64,000 nucleotides of DNA from an uncultured delta proteobacterium (lineage in GTDB: Bacteria > Desulfobacterota > BSN033 > UBA1163). The first letter of the stretch is position 1. Each line of letters starts with the position of its first letter. Positions 9,569-19,133 of the stretch are shown here, piece by piece. The notes below the pieces were generated by a model. It was given only the letters and a program-made list of their open reading frames with translations, did not search any database and was not told where the DNA came from. Location: NCBI GenBank assembly GCA_963827685.1, contig CAWHBU010000006.1, positions 224,001-288,000 on the forward strand, read 5' to 3'. The translations under genes were made by a program, and so were the position numbers.

Positions 9569-11161
9569 ATGGGCTTCTGGAACTTGAAGAAGAAGATCAT
9601 TCTCAGCGTCGTCATGGTGGTCCTGGTGATCGAAGGGATTTTCCTCTACCTGAATATCCGCTCCCTCTCCCGACAGATTCTCAACAAGACGGAAGAGGAA
9701 GCCTTCAACCTGAGCGAAACGATCCGCTTGAGCATTCGTAATGCCATGATCTTAAATCGAAGAGATGAATATCAAAGAATTATTGATGACGTTGCCCAGA
9801 GGAAAGGGATTGCACAAGTCAGAATCTTTAATAAGGTGGGCGAAATCACCGTCTCCTCCGACAGATCCAAAGTCGGAACGGTGGTCGATAAGAAGGCAGA
9901 GGCTTGTTATGGGTGCCACAGAGAGAACGAGGCAAAAGTGCTCCTGCCCTCCGACAGTAAAACCCGCATCTATCACACGGAAAAACAGAGTCTCCTGGGT
10001 CTGATTAATCCTATTTATAATGAGCCCTCCTGTTACCCTTGCCATCCAAAAACCCAGAATGTCCTTGGCGTCTTAGACACAACGATCAGCCTTGAAGGTT
10101 TTGAAAAGGAGAAGGCCGAAATTTACAACCGCATGATCATCTCGGGAATTGTCAGCGTCATCATTCTCAGTTTTCTGTTGAGTCTATTACTCACCCGATT
10201 TGTGAACCGACCCATTGATAAACTCTTGGCGGCTACGAAGACAGCGGCTCTTGGAAATTTGGATCAGACCGTGTCCATACGTTCTCACGATGAACTCGGA
10301 GAACTTTCTGACTCCTTTAACAATATGATCTCCGAACTCAAGCGCTCTCGCGATGCCATCGAAGAATGGACTCAAACCTTGGAACGTCGCGTCTACGAGA
10401 GGACCCAGGAACTCCAGCGGGTCCAAGATCAGCTCATCCATGCCGGCAAGATGGCCGCTCTCGGAGAACTGGCGGCTGGCGTCGCTCATGAGATCAACAA
10501 TCCCCTCACCGGTGTTCTTACCTTCAGCTCCCTGATGCTCAAAAAGGTGGATGAAAACCACCCCTGGAAAAAAGATTTAGAAAACATTGTCCAACAGACC
10601 ACTCGATGCAGGAATATTGTAAAGGGCCTTTTGGACTTTGCTCGGCAGAGAAAACCGGATAAGAAAAAGTGGGATATTCATGCGTTGATTGACAATACGC
10701 TCACCCTTGTTGAAAAACAGGCCCCTTTCCAGAATATCAAAATTGAAAAACAATTTAAAACGGTGATTCCCATGCTCTTTGTTGATGGAGACCAGATCCA
10801 GCAGGTCTTTATGAATATCCTTCTCAATGCCGCAGATGCCATGGCTGGAAACGGTGGGACTCTGACCATTAAAACAGGCTTTAAGGATGGATTGACAGAG
10901 GTCTCCTTCATTGATACAGGGGGTGGGATTGCGAAAGAACACCTCTCTAAACTCTTTGACCCTTTTTTTACCACCAAGGAAACCGGCAAAGGAACGGGGT
11001 TAGGGTTGGCGATCAGTTATGGAATTATTCAAAGCCACGGTGGAGATATTGTAGTGGAAAGTGAGGTGGGAAAGGGATCTACCTTCCGGATCAAACTTCC
11101 AATTGAAAAACAAAATGGGGAGTTAAGGCGATCGGGAGATGTGGGGAATGAAAGAGTGTAG
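9569..11161 (+). CDS. HAMP sensor histidine kinase with c-type heme motifs in the periplasmic domain
   Basis: TM-periplasmic domain (CYGCH, CYPCH)-[15 protein letters not shown]-box, and N/G1/F/G2 boxes. Confidence 0.93.
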   Translation: MGFWNLKKKIILSVVMVVLVIEGIFLYLNIRSLSRQILNKTEEEAFNLSETIRLSIRNAMILNRRDEYQRIIDDVAQRKGIAQVRIFNKVGEITVSSDRSKVGTVVDKKAEACYGCHRENEAKVLLPSDSKTRIYHTEKQSLLGLINPIYNEPSCYPCHPKTQNVLGVLDTTISLEGFEKEKAEIYNRMIISGIVSVIILSFLLSLLLTRFVNRPIDKLLAATKTAALGNLDQTVSIRSHDELGELSDSFNNMISELKRSRDAIEEWTQTLERRVYERTQELQRVQDQLIHAGKMAALGELAAGVAHEINNPLTGVLTFSSLMLKKVDENHPWKKDLENIVQQTTRCRNIVKGLLDFARQRKPDKKKWDIHALIDNTLTLVEKQAPFQNIKIEKQFKTVIPMLFVDGDQIQQVFMNILLNAADAMAGNGGTLTIKTGFKDGLTEVSFIDTGGGIAKEHLSKLFDPFFTTKETGKGTGLGLAISYGIIQSHGGDIVVESEVGKGSTFRIKLPIEKQNGELRRSGDVGNERV

Positions 11162-11218
11162 CATTCCGGTTAAAACCGAAACGGAATTCTATCCTTTCGC
11201 CCCCAATAAATGGGGGCG

Positions 11219-12229
11219 CTACCATTTTATGTTCCTCACAAATTCAGCCAAGAGATTTTCACCCTCATCCTCTTTTTCAAAACCGACCATCCCCAGAAGA
11301 TAAACCCCTTTCTGAAGGACGAAGACTTTTCCCTGATAGGGATCCTCCCCTCTCAACGCCAAAGTCTTAAATTCAATGATACTTCCTGAAAATACATTCC
11401 CTTTTTTGGAGAGGTCCTCTTTATAAACCTTCAGAGCGCTCATCGCCTCTTGAGAATCCTTATAAATAGCTAAGAAAAGCTTAAACTCTTTATTCTCAGT
11501 TTTCGCTTTTGTTTCATCCTCAGCATCTTTTTTGTCCTTGTCCTCAGCCTTAACCTTAACCTGAGCCTTATTCCAAACCTCCACCTTTTCCTTTGCCCCA
11601 TCCTTCTCTATATAGATCCCTTGGAAACCCTTTTTTAAGAATTGATGTCCTAAAAGGCCTTCGGGAAAGTATTGAATAGAGCCTGGTTTGAGTCCGTTCT
11701 TAGGGAAGTAGTTAATCTCCTTGGGAGGGGGTGAAGGGTCAATGATCCTTGAGGCAATTTTCGTTGCCCATTGTTTTAAGGCTGAGGAACTTGACTCTGT
11801 AGCATAGAGCAAGACAAAATACTTACCTTTGTAAAAGAAAGCGGAAGAGTCATCAAGGTATGAATCCAACCCAAAGCCTCCGGGGCGATCCTCATTTCTA
11901 AACCTTGAAAATATCCCAAAGGCCTGAAGCACATTTTCCATATCGTAGATGTCCAATTCGATCTGATGTTTTGGGTTCTTCCTGTTTTGATAGATCGCGA
12001 AGATCGACTTTTGAAATCCATATTTGAGATAGAGCTCGGCCTGACCATCAATATGTTTAAAGAGGGTCTTCTTGGTATAGGTTTGAGGGCCGTCAATGAG
12101 TGCCCATCCGTCTGGTAGATCTTTCTTGGGCATAAGGGACTCCAATGGCACTGCCCATGATGACGCTTCGAACCACACAAATATCCCTGCTAAAATAGAA
12201 AGAACTATCAATTTTCGATGAGCCATCAC
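11219..12229 (-). CDS. Exported protein, DUF6599-like
   Basis: Signal peptide, LFKHIDGQAELYLKYGF, LDIYDM...AFGIFS. Confidence 0.65.
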   Translation of the reverse strand: MMAHRKLIVLSILAGIFVWFEASSWAVPLESLMPKKDLPDGWALIDGPQTYTKKTLFKHIDGQAELYLKYGFQKSIFAIYQNRKNPKHQIELDIYDMENVLQAFGIFSRFRNEDRPGGFGLDSYLDDSSAFFYKGKYFVLLYATESSSSALKQWATKIASRIIDPSPPPKEINYFPKNGLKPGSIQYFPEGLLGHQFLKKGFQGIYIEKDGAKEKVEVWNKAQVKVKAEDKDKKDAEDETKAKTENKEFKLFLAIYKDSQEAMSALKVYKEDLSKKGNVFSGSIIEFKTLALRGEDPYQGKVFVLQKGVYLLGMVGFEKEDEGENLLAEFVRNIKW

Positions 12230-12245
12230 TTTATCCCTCCAAATA

Positions 12246-13388
12246 TTAACTCCGAACTATGAACTCTTGTGCCATCTTGATCTGTGCCCGGACATCTAAC
12301 CCCCTCCTGCAGATAACGGAGCAGGATGGGCACTCTGAACAATGTTGAATGTCCTGTCTCGTAATCATTTGTGGCGATTCTCTCAGTAGAGAATCATTCT
12401 CATATCCATCGTGATACATCACCAGCCTTAATAGATCGCCATGAGGCACCCCATAAGGGCATTCTCCAATGCAGTCTCCGCACATCGTACAGGTTCTTCC
12501 CTGAAGGAAGGATTGATACTGTTTCAGTGCATCTAAATCTCCTTTTGAGAAGGAAATCCCCATGACAGCAGCACATTCCTCGATCTGCTCAATCGTGGTC
12601 ACCCCTGGAACAGCGCAGGATACATTCTGATCCATCAGGACATATTTGAGAGCTGCCTGGTGAGGGCTGAGGCCTCCCATCTTCTCCTTCTTGTACCCCC
12701 CTGCCTGAGTCTTCATGGCCACAATGCCTATCCCTGATTTGGCTGCCAAGGCCACGGCCTCTTTCAAATCCTTTGAATGGGTGAAATTATAGGAGACCAA
12801 AGCAACGTCGTGAAGATTCGATTTTGCCGCTTCCCTTAAAAGGGAAGCCATGCGGCTATGGGCGGAAAATCCAGTAAAGCGAACCTTCCCTTCTTTTTTC
12901 ATCTTCGACATGAATTCAAAAAGCACAGGGTCCGAAACTTCTTCCGGAGAAGAGTGACCATGCCATACTAAAACATCGATGTAATCCGTCCTCAATCGCC
13001 GAAGGCTCCTCTCCACAGAGGCTCGCATTTTCTTTTCATCGTGAATATGGACCTTTGTCTGAATGAATACCTTTTGCCGCTTTCCTTCGAAGACCTTGCC
13101 TACCATCTCTTCGTTACGGCCCCTCATGTAACAGTCTGCGGTATCGTAGAAATTGATTCCGAGATCATAGGCGCGAAGGAGCACAGCCGGATCGCTGCAA
13201 TTCATCACGCCCATGCTCACAGCTGTTACTTTCAATCCTGTCTTGCCGAGGGTTCGATATTCAAGGGCTGGTTCCTTTTCTGCATGAGCCACTGGAAGGC
13301 TACTCCAAAAATGGCTTGACACTACTCCCAAAAATACCGAAGACATATTCTTCATGAATTTTCTTCTTCCCATCTTTTCTGAAAACAT
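12246..13388 (-). CDS. Aldo/keto reductase with C-terminal 4Fe-4S domain and Tat signal
   Basis: GRRKFMK Tat motif, YRTLGKTG, DTADCY, SLRRLRTDYID, CTMCGDCIGECP. Confidence 0.9.
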   Translation of the reverse strand: MFSEKMGRRKFMKNMSSVFLGVVSSHFWSSLPVAHAEKEPALEYRTLGKTGLKVTAVSMGVMNCSDPAVLLRAYDLGINFYDTADCYMRGRNEEMVGKVFEGKRQKVFIQTKVHIHDEKKMRASVERSLRRLRTDYIDVLVWHGHSSPEEVSDPVLFEFMSKMKKEGKVRFTGFSAHSRMASLLREAAKSNLHDVALVSYNFTHSKDLKEAVALAAKSGIGIVAMKTQAGGYKKEKMGGLSPHQAALKYVLMDQNVSCAVPGVTTIEQIEECAAVMGISFSKGDLDALKQYQSFLQGRTCTMCGDCIGECPYGVPHGDLLRLVMYHDGYENDSLLRESPQMITRQDIQHCSECPSCSVICRRGLDVRAQIKMAQEFIVRS

Positions 13389-13540
13389 CGGATTCTCCCC
13401 ATCTATTCAAATTTCTTAAATTATACCTTACCCAATTGATTTATCAATCCTTTTCATAGTAAGAAATAAAAAGGCTTGCAAGACCACCCAATGTTATGGT
13501 AATAAATGAAAAATTCTCAAGCCGCAAAAGGAGGTCAGTT

Positions 13541-14233
13541 ATGGAAAGAAATGTTTCGAAACTCAGTCTCATGCTGATCTTGGGATTGATGGTCGCCATG
13601 CTGCTTCTGCTTTATGGGGAAGACCAATGGGTGTTCGCCCAAGAGAAAAGTAAAAAAGAGACCATTAAATTGCCTCCACCAAGATATGAGAGTAATGTAT
13701 CCATCGAAAAAGCCTTGCTGGAGAGAAGATCCATCAGGAGTTATAAACAAGAACCGTTGACCCTCAATGAGATTTCCCAAATCCTCTGGGCTGCCCTGGG
13801 GATTACAGAACCGAAGAGAGGTTTGAGGACATATCCTTCGTCAAGGAGACTTTTCCTCCTCCAGGGCCATGTGCTCCCAGGAAATGTGACCAATCTCCCA
13901 AAAGGTATTTACAAATATCAACCTCAGGGCCATCAACTGATCAAGACAGCGGATGGAGATAAGAAGGCTGAACTGTTTAAGGCCGTCGGTCAGGCTTCCA
14001 TTAGAGACGCTGCCGTAGTCCTGGTGATCTCCGGTATAACCGAGAAAACTCAAAAGCCAAACCGGAGGGTTCTTGAGGCAGGTCATGCTGCTCAGAATGT
14101 TTATCTGCAAGCTTGCTCCCTGAATTTGGGAACCGTTGTAATGGCGGGTTTCATAGAAGAAGAGGTCAGGAAAGTATTAAACCTTCCAGAAGAAGAAGTG
14201 CCATTTTATATCATGCCCATTGGCAAAAAATAA
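13541..14233 (+). CDS. SagB/ThcOx-family nitroreductase-like FMN protein
   Basis: LLERRSIRSY, SQILWAA.GIT, RTYPS, EAGHAAQNVYLQ. Confidence 0.88.
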   Translation: MERNVSKLSLMLILGLMVAMLLLLYGEDQWVFAQEKSKKETIKLPPPRYESNVSIEKALLERRSIRSYKQEPLTLNEISQILWAALGITEPKRGLRTYPSSRRLFLLQGHVLPGNVTNLPKGIYKYQPQGHQLIKTADGDKKAELFKAVGQASIRDAAVVLVISGITEKTQKPNRRVLEAGHAAQNVYLQACSLNLGTVVMAGFIEEEVRKVLNLPEEEVPFYIMPIGKK

Positions 14234-14240
14234 TCGGAGC

Positions 14241-14567
14241 CTACGCTTCTTCAACGAGGGGGTAACCTGCTTTTTTCCATGCCTCCACACCGCCGGCGAG
14301 GCATCTAACGTTCTCGTATCCCTTTGCGATGAACTTCACTGCCTGACCGGCAGCACTCCCTTCGTTGGGTCAGGCTCAGTAGAAGACAATCTCCTGATTT
14401 TTTGACAAGGAAGAAAATTTAGACTTAAATTCATTGAATGAAATCGCTCCTTGAAGTCGCATCTTTCTGAACCTCGATTCGTCTTCGTAGGCGCAGACAA
14501 GTAATACTTTTCCTGCTTCTAACTTCTGATGAACTTCTTCTGGAGTGACACGTTTAGGTTCTGCCAT
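14241..14567 (-). CDS. Rhodanese-like selenoprotein with a U-A-U motif (108 aa)
   Basis: Reading through TGA at 14376-14378 and 14370-14372 gives IVFY-U-A-U-PNEGSAAGQAVKFIAKGYENVRCLAGGVEAWKKAGYP, which completes the rhodanese signature. A CTGCC-GGTCA-GGCAG hairpin follows. Confidence 0.87.
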
Positions 14568-14736
14568 GACGTTTTCTCCTTGTTCTAGGATCACCTTTCC
14601 CCAATATTCTATATCTGATCTGAGTAAATGATCAATGCTTTTCAAACGGAGGACAGTTCCACGTTTGAAGCTACTGCTTACCGCAGGGACCCCGCCTATC
14701 CGGCTTTAGCGGGACGGGGCACTTGTCGGTCGAGGT

Positions 14737-15129
14737 TTAGCTTATGTTGATTTTATAGGTATCCTCTTTATCGTAAACCTGAGGGCTGTATTCAATCACA
14801 AGGGTGTTTTCCAACCCATAGAAGAGATGGCCGCAGCGGGGCTTAACTCTTATTCTGTTTCCTTTTTCAAGAATCTTTTCTTCCTTCTGAAGAGTATCCA
14901 TATCGATAAACGAGGCTTTTATTTTTCCCTGAAAGACATAGAAGATTTCTTCCTTCTTTTCATGGTAATGGTTACCCCGTGAGTGCCCTTTTTTGATCTC
15001 AAAAGCAGCTAAATGGTGCATCGCTTCGTCATAGGCAACCTGAACGAATTCTCCCCTTTCCTCTTCCCATCTTTTTGCCCCCTGGATTTCTTTTGTGTTA
15101 GGCAGTTTCTCAATGGTCAATCTGTCCAT
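14737..15129 (-). CDS. Cupin-domain protein (WxcM/RmlC-like)
   Basis: RGNHYH.KKEEIFYV..G and P...H cupin motifs. Confidence 0.8.
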   Translation of the reverse strand: MDRLTIEKLPNTKEIQGAKRWEEERGEFVQVAYDEAMHHLAAFEIKKGHSRGNHYHEKKEEIFYVFQGKIKASFIDMDTLQKEEKILEKGNRIRVKPRCGHLFYGLENTLVIEYSPQVYDKEDTYKINIS

Positions 15130-15243
15130 AATATCCTCATACCTCAGACAAAATTTTCGTGATGGTGTTATCACCCACAAATCATGGGAATAAGTAATCC
15201 CCCCGATCCCCCTTTGCTAAAAAAAGGGGGGGGATTTTGGAAA

Positions 15244-15969
15244 TCACAGAAGAACATCCACCAGGAGAAGTTCCGCATCTTCTTCGGCATCAACAGCAAC
15301 CTTCATATCCTCGCTTAGCTTTGCTGCACCAAGGAGTGGAACTTGATGTCCATTCACCTTCACGGGCCCACCTTCCATCACGTAAAGGTAGCCTCCCCGC
15401 TTAACACGGATCCGGTGTTCCACCCTTCGTCCTGCTTGAAGGAAACAGGAATAGACGTCGGCATCTGAAAATATCTTGAGAGCACCTGAATGATTGTTAG
15501 AGACCAAGAGGAGGAAACGATTTGTCCGGTTCTTCTTCTCCACTGCCTTCTGCTCCATGGACGGCTTCAGATCTTTTCTTGAAGGGAAAAACCACATCTG
15601 AATGAACCGCATTGGCATATCTGGCTTATTATTAATCTCTGAGTGCCACATGCCACTGCCGACAGTCGTATGCTGTACCCACCCTTTCTTGAGGATACCG
15701 CCCTTTCCATTCTCATCCTCGTGGCGGAATTCCCCATCAGCGCAGTAAGTCACCACCTCAATCTCCCGATGGGGATGGAGGGGCCATACAGCGCCGGGAG
15801 AAAGGGTATCGTCATTGAAAACGCGTAAGGTCCCAAAGTTCATGTATTCCGGATCGTGGTACTGGTCAAAAGAGAAATGCCAACGACCGTGGAAAGTACC
15901 ATTCTGAATGGCACCATGGGCCTGGTAAATACTTTCTGGTTTTCGAATAACAATTCTGTTTTCCATCAT
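15244..15969 (-). CDS. Pirin family protein
   Basis: FSFDQYHDP, LRVFNDD, HPHREIEVVTY, GSGMWHSE.N, FIQMW. Confidence 0.93.
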   Translation of the reverse strand: MMENRIVIRKPESIYQAHGAIQNGTFHGRWHFSFDQYHDPEYMNFGTLRVFNDDTLSPGAVWPLHPHREIEVVTYCADGEFRHEDENGKGGILKKGWVQHTTVGSGMWHSEINNKPDMPMRFIQMWFFPSRKDLKPSMEQKAVEKKNRTNRFLLLVSNNHSGALKIFSDADVYSCFLQAGRRVEHRIRVKRGGYLYVMEGGPVKVNGHQVPLLGAAKLSEDMKVAVDAEEDAELLLVDVLL

Positions 15970-16000
15970 TTGACCTTCTTTTTCTAACCATGAACCCAAT

Positions 16001-17059
16001 CTAATCATTCCCTCTGGATTTGGATTCCTCGGGGATAATCCCGAGATTCAGTTTCTCCGTGCGTCGTATAATCGTCAGCGTTGTTTTTACTCCTACCTTC
16101 TCTTCTGTTAATATCTTATGCAGATCATCAATACCAGTAATGGGCTGACCATCAAAACCGACGATCATATCCCCTTCGGAAAGACCGGCTTTCTGTGCCG
16201 GGCTACCCTCTTCGATGGATACCACCAGGATACCACTTTCCACGGGCAAACGGTGGAAGCGAACAATCCGGCGATGGAGCTGAACATTTTGTCCCCCCAG
16301 CCCTATGTAGCTCCGCCTGATCTTTCCCTCTTTGATGAGCTTGGCGGCAACAAACTTGGCCGTATTAATCCCGATGGCAAAACAGATCCCTTGGGCTGCA
16401 AGAATCATCGCTGTATTCACTCCTATGACATCTCCTTGGGACGTGACAAGCGGGCCGCCCGAATTCCCGGGGTTCAGGGCAGCGTCGGTTTGGATGACGT
16501 TGTCGATCAGTCGGCCAGACATCGACCTGAGAGAACGCCCAAGCGCACTGATCACTCCAGAAGTGACAGTATATTGGAAGCCGTAAGGGTTTCCAATGGC
16601 GATCACCAGTTGACCTACTCTTATCCTCTGGGAGTCGCCCAAGGGCACGGGCACAAGGTTTGGCCCGTTAGTTCTAACGACTGCCAGATCAGTGTCCGGG
16701 TCATCTCCTACAATGTCTGCCTGAAAACGTCGTCCATCCGAGAGAGCAACATCGATCCTGTCTGCATGATGCACAACGTGGCTGTTGGTCAGAATAAAAC
16801 CATCTGGCGTGAAGATGAAACCAGAACCATTACCGCGCAGCTCTTCGGGGAGGCGAAAGGGAGTCGTCTGTTTTCCTTTCAGATTCTTATGAACGTCAAT
16901 ATTCACAACCGACGGACTTACCTTCTCCGCCGCATTGATCACTGCCCGCGAATAGGCATCCAGAAGATCGGCGTCTGAGGGATGGGCGACATCAAGTGTT
17001 CGCGCCTCCCCTCCCCTGACTGCTTCATTTGATAGTAGTCGCACGACTTTCTTAGCCAT
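16001..17059 (-). CDS. HtrA/DegP-like trypsin serine protease with PDZ domain
   Basis: GSGFI, TNSHVV, DLAV, QTDAALNPGNSGGPL, and a C-terminal PDZ domain. Confidence 0.95.
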   Translation of the reverse strand: MAKKVVRLLSNEAVRGGEARTLDVAHPSDADLLDAYSRAVINAAEKVSPSVVNIDVHKNLKGKQTTPFRLPEELRGNGSGFIFTPDGFILTNSHVVHHADRIDVALSDGRRFQADIVGDDPDTDLAVVRTNGPNLVPVPLGDSQRIRVGQLVIAIGNPYGFQYTVTSGVISALGRSLRSMSGRLIDNVIQTDAALNPGNSGGPLVTSQGDVIGVNTAMILAAQGICFAIGINTAKFVAAKLIKEGKIRRSYIGLGGQNVQLHRRIVRFHRLPVESGILVVSIEEGSPAQKAGLSEGDMIVGFDGQPITGIDDLHKILTEEKVGVKTTLTIIRRTEKLNLGIIPEESKSRGND

Positions 17060-17236
17060 TTTTACGTCTCCTGCAGTCCATTTCCTCAATTTCAGATGAG
17101 CTTTAATCAATTACCCCAAACAATAATTTAATCATTCGAAACCATTTTTTCAAACTGATCCCTTGTTTCTTGAAGATGGTTCCTTATTGATTATCCAAGT
17201 TTTTTGAATTATGATGCTTTATAAAAGAGGGAATAG

Positions 17237-17638
17237 ATGGAAGAATACAGAGACAAACACGCTCGTTCGGGGATTGATACCCCGCTTCCAAAAATCGAAT
17301 GTTTCGAAAATCAGTTCAGGAGCTATGAAATTGCAATCTCTATCCCGGAGTATACTTCTGTCTGCCCACGAACAGGGCTGCCTGATTTCGGAACGATTAC
17401 AATCCGCTATATTCCTGATAAATGGTGCGTCGAATTGAAATCTCTAAAGATGTACGTCCTCGCCTACCGGAATTTGGGGATCTTCTACGAAAATGCGGTC
17501 AACCGAATCCTCAGGGATTTCGTCAAGGCCTCCAAGCCCATTCAAGCGGTTGTCACGGGTGAATTCAATGTCCGTGGAGGAATGAAAAGTGTTATCGAAG
17601 CTTCCTATCCTCCAAAGAATCGCCCGAAGAAAAGCTAA
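17237..17638 (+). CDS. queF: preQ1 synthase (NADPH-dependent 7-cyano-7-deazaguanine reductase), type I
   Basis: PEYTSVCPRTGLPDF, ELKSLKMY, F.VRGG. Confidence 0.95.
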   Translation: MEEYRDKHARSGIDTPLPKIECFENQFRSYEIAISIPEYTSVCPRTGLPDFGTITIRYIPDKWCVELKSLKMYVLAYRNLGIFYENAVNRILRDFVKASKPIQAVVTGEFNVRGGMKSVIEASYPPKNRPKKS

Positions 17639-17641
17639 ATA

Positions 17642-18100
17642 ATGGCAGGAACTAAAAAGGTCCTCTTTCTCTGCACAGGAAACTCAGTCCGGAGTCAGAT
17701 GGCCGAGGGTTTGTTGAATGCTTTCGGTTCCGGTCAATGGAAGGCCCAGAGCGGAGGGGTCATCTCATCCTATGTCCACCCCCTGGCCATTCAGGTGATG
17801 GGAGAAATAGGAATTGATATCTCCAAGAAGACCTCTAAATCCATGGATCAATTCATCAAACAAAGATTTGATTATGTGATCACCCTTTGTGACGAGGCGG
17901 CCAAATCTTGTCCGAGCTTCGGTGGCCAGGGCAAGAGACTCCATTGGCCTTTTGAAGACCCTGCGGCGGTCATGGGAACCACTGAAGAAAGATTAGCGGT
18001 ATTTCGAAGGATAAGAGATGAGATTAAGAAAAAGATCGAAGAATTTTTAAAGTCTGAATCTTTTGAACCCATCGATCCGATTGCTTCATTTAAATTTTAA
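17642..18100 (+). CDS. arsC: Thioredoxin-coupled arsenate reductase (LMW-PTP fold)
   Basis: FLCTGNS.RSQMAE, VITLC......SCP, HWPFEDP. Confidence 0.88.
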   Translation: MAGTKKVLFLCTGNSVRSQMAEGLLNAFGSGQWKAQSGGVISSYVHPLAIQVMGEIGIDISKKTSKSMDQFIKQRFDYVITLCDEAAKSCPSFGGQGKRLHWPFEDPAAVMGTTEERLAVFRRIRDEIKKKIEEFLKSESFEPIDPIASFKF

Positions 18101-18975
18101 GCTCCAGCCTTTCTCATTAGCCTCTTCCAGGTCTTCTCCACATTTTCTTGAATCACTTCAATTTCCGAATTGGTCAAGTGGCTGAAGCGGCCCTGAAGCT
18201 TTAAATACTCTTTTACGGGAACGACATGAGATTCTTCTTGAATGGTGTAAGATATCCCATTCTCGATTTCATAAAGAGGAAAGACCCTTGACCGCACGGC
18301 AAGCCTTGAGACCTTGACGGTGAGCTCTGAAGGCATCCTCCAACCTGGAGAACAAGGAGAAAGGAGATGGATAAATCGGGTTCCTCGGATGCTCTTCGCT
18401 TTTTCCATCTTTCTTAACAAGTCTTCCGGATAGGCAATCGTAGCTGTCGCTGCATAAGGGATCTGATGATCGGCCATGATCGCCATGATGTCTTTTTTGG
18501 GATTTTCTTTGGGCTTCGTGACCGGAGTAGTCGTGGTCCAAGCGAACAGGGGCGTGGCGGAGCTCCGTTGTGTGCCTGTGTTCATGTAGCCTTCGTTGTC
18601 GTTACAGATATAAATGAAATCTTCGTTCCGCTCGGCCGCACCCGATAAGGCCTGAAGTCCAATATCAAAAGTCCCACCATCCCCAGCCCATACCGCTACC
18701 ACAGCCTCATGATCACCCCGAATATCTAAAGCGGCTCTAACACCTGAGGCAGTTGCTCCGCCTGTGACAAAACCAGCATGAACCACTGGAATTCGGAAAC
18801 TCGAATAAGGCCAAAACCCCGGGATGATGGACCAGCAAGAAGCAGGAAAGACCATGACGGTCTTCTCGCCGAGGGCCTTGAGGGTGAGGCGCATACTCAC
18901 CGCTGCTCCACATCCAGCACAGGCGAGATGGCCATGTCCAAAATTTTCTGAAAGGGGTATCTCTGTCTTCCTCAT
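18097..18975 (-). CDS. porB: 2-oxoacid:ferredoxin oxidoreductase beta subunit (TPP-binding)
   Basis: GHLACAGCG, GDGGTFDIG, DNEGYMNTG.QRS. Confidence 0.9.
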   Translation of the reverse strand: MRKTEIPLSENFGHGHLACAGCGAAVSMRLTLKALGEKTVMVFPASCWSIIPGFWPYSSFRIPVVHAGFVTGGATASGVRAALDIRGDHEAVVAVWAGDGGTFDIGLQALSGAAERNEDFIYICNDNEGYMNTGTQRSSATPLFAWTTTTPVTKPKENPKKDIMAIMADHQIPYAATATIAYPEDLLRKMEKAKSIRGTRFIHLLSPCSPGWRMPSELTVKVSRLAVRSRVFPLYEIENGISYTIQEESHVVPVKEYLKLQGRFSHLTNSEIEVIQENVEKTWKRLMRKAGA

Positions 18976-19014
18976 TCTTCCCTCACCGCATTGAAAATTG
19001 AAAAATGCAAAATC

Positions 19015-19100
19015 GAGATTGCCACGTCATCCCGTTATCCGGGACTCCTCGCAACGACATATTATAAAGGATGTCATTGCGAGCGAAGCGAAGCAATCCC
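19015..19100. repeat. RPE/REP-like palindromic repeat pair (GAGATTGCCAC...CTCGCAACGAC / GTCATTGCGAG...AAGCAATC)
   Basis: Related copies occur at ~58592-58700 and 62616-62694. Confidence 0.7.
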
Positions 19101-19133
19101 TTATTTTAGCCACTACTGATTTTGCTTTGATCC

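Noticed and set aside
13541-14233. SagB-like gene (with the radical SAM gene at 44655) as a RiPP pathway for the Tyr-rich peptides
   Set aside because: The genes are unlinked and standalone, there is no YcaO or leader-peptide architecture, and the radical SAM gene is convergent to and outside the island.
16118-16978. 286-aa plus-strand ORF
   Set aside because: Antisense shadow of the HtrA gene with no recognisable motifs.
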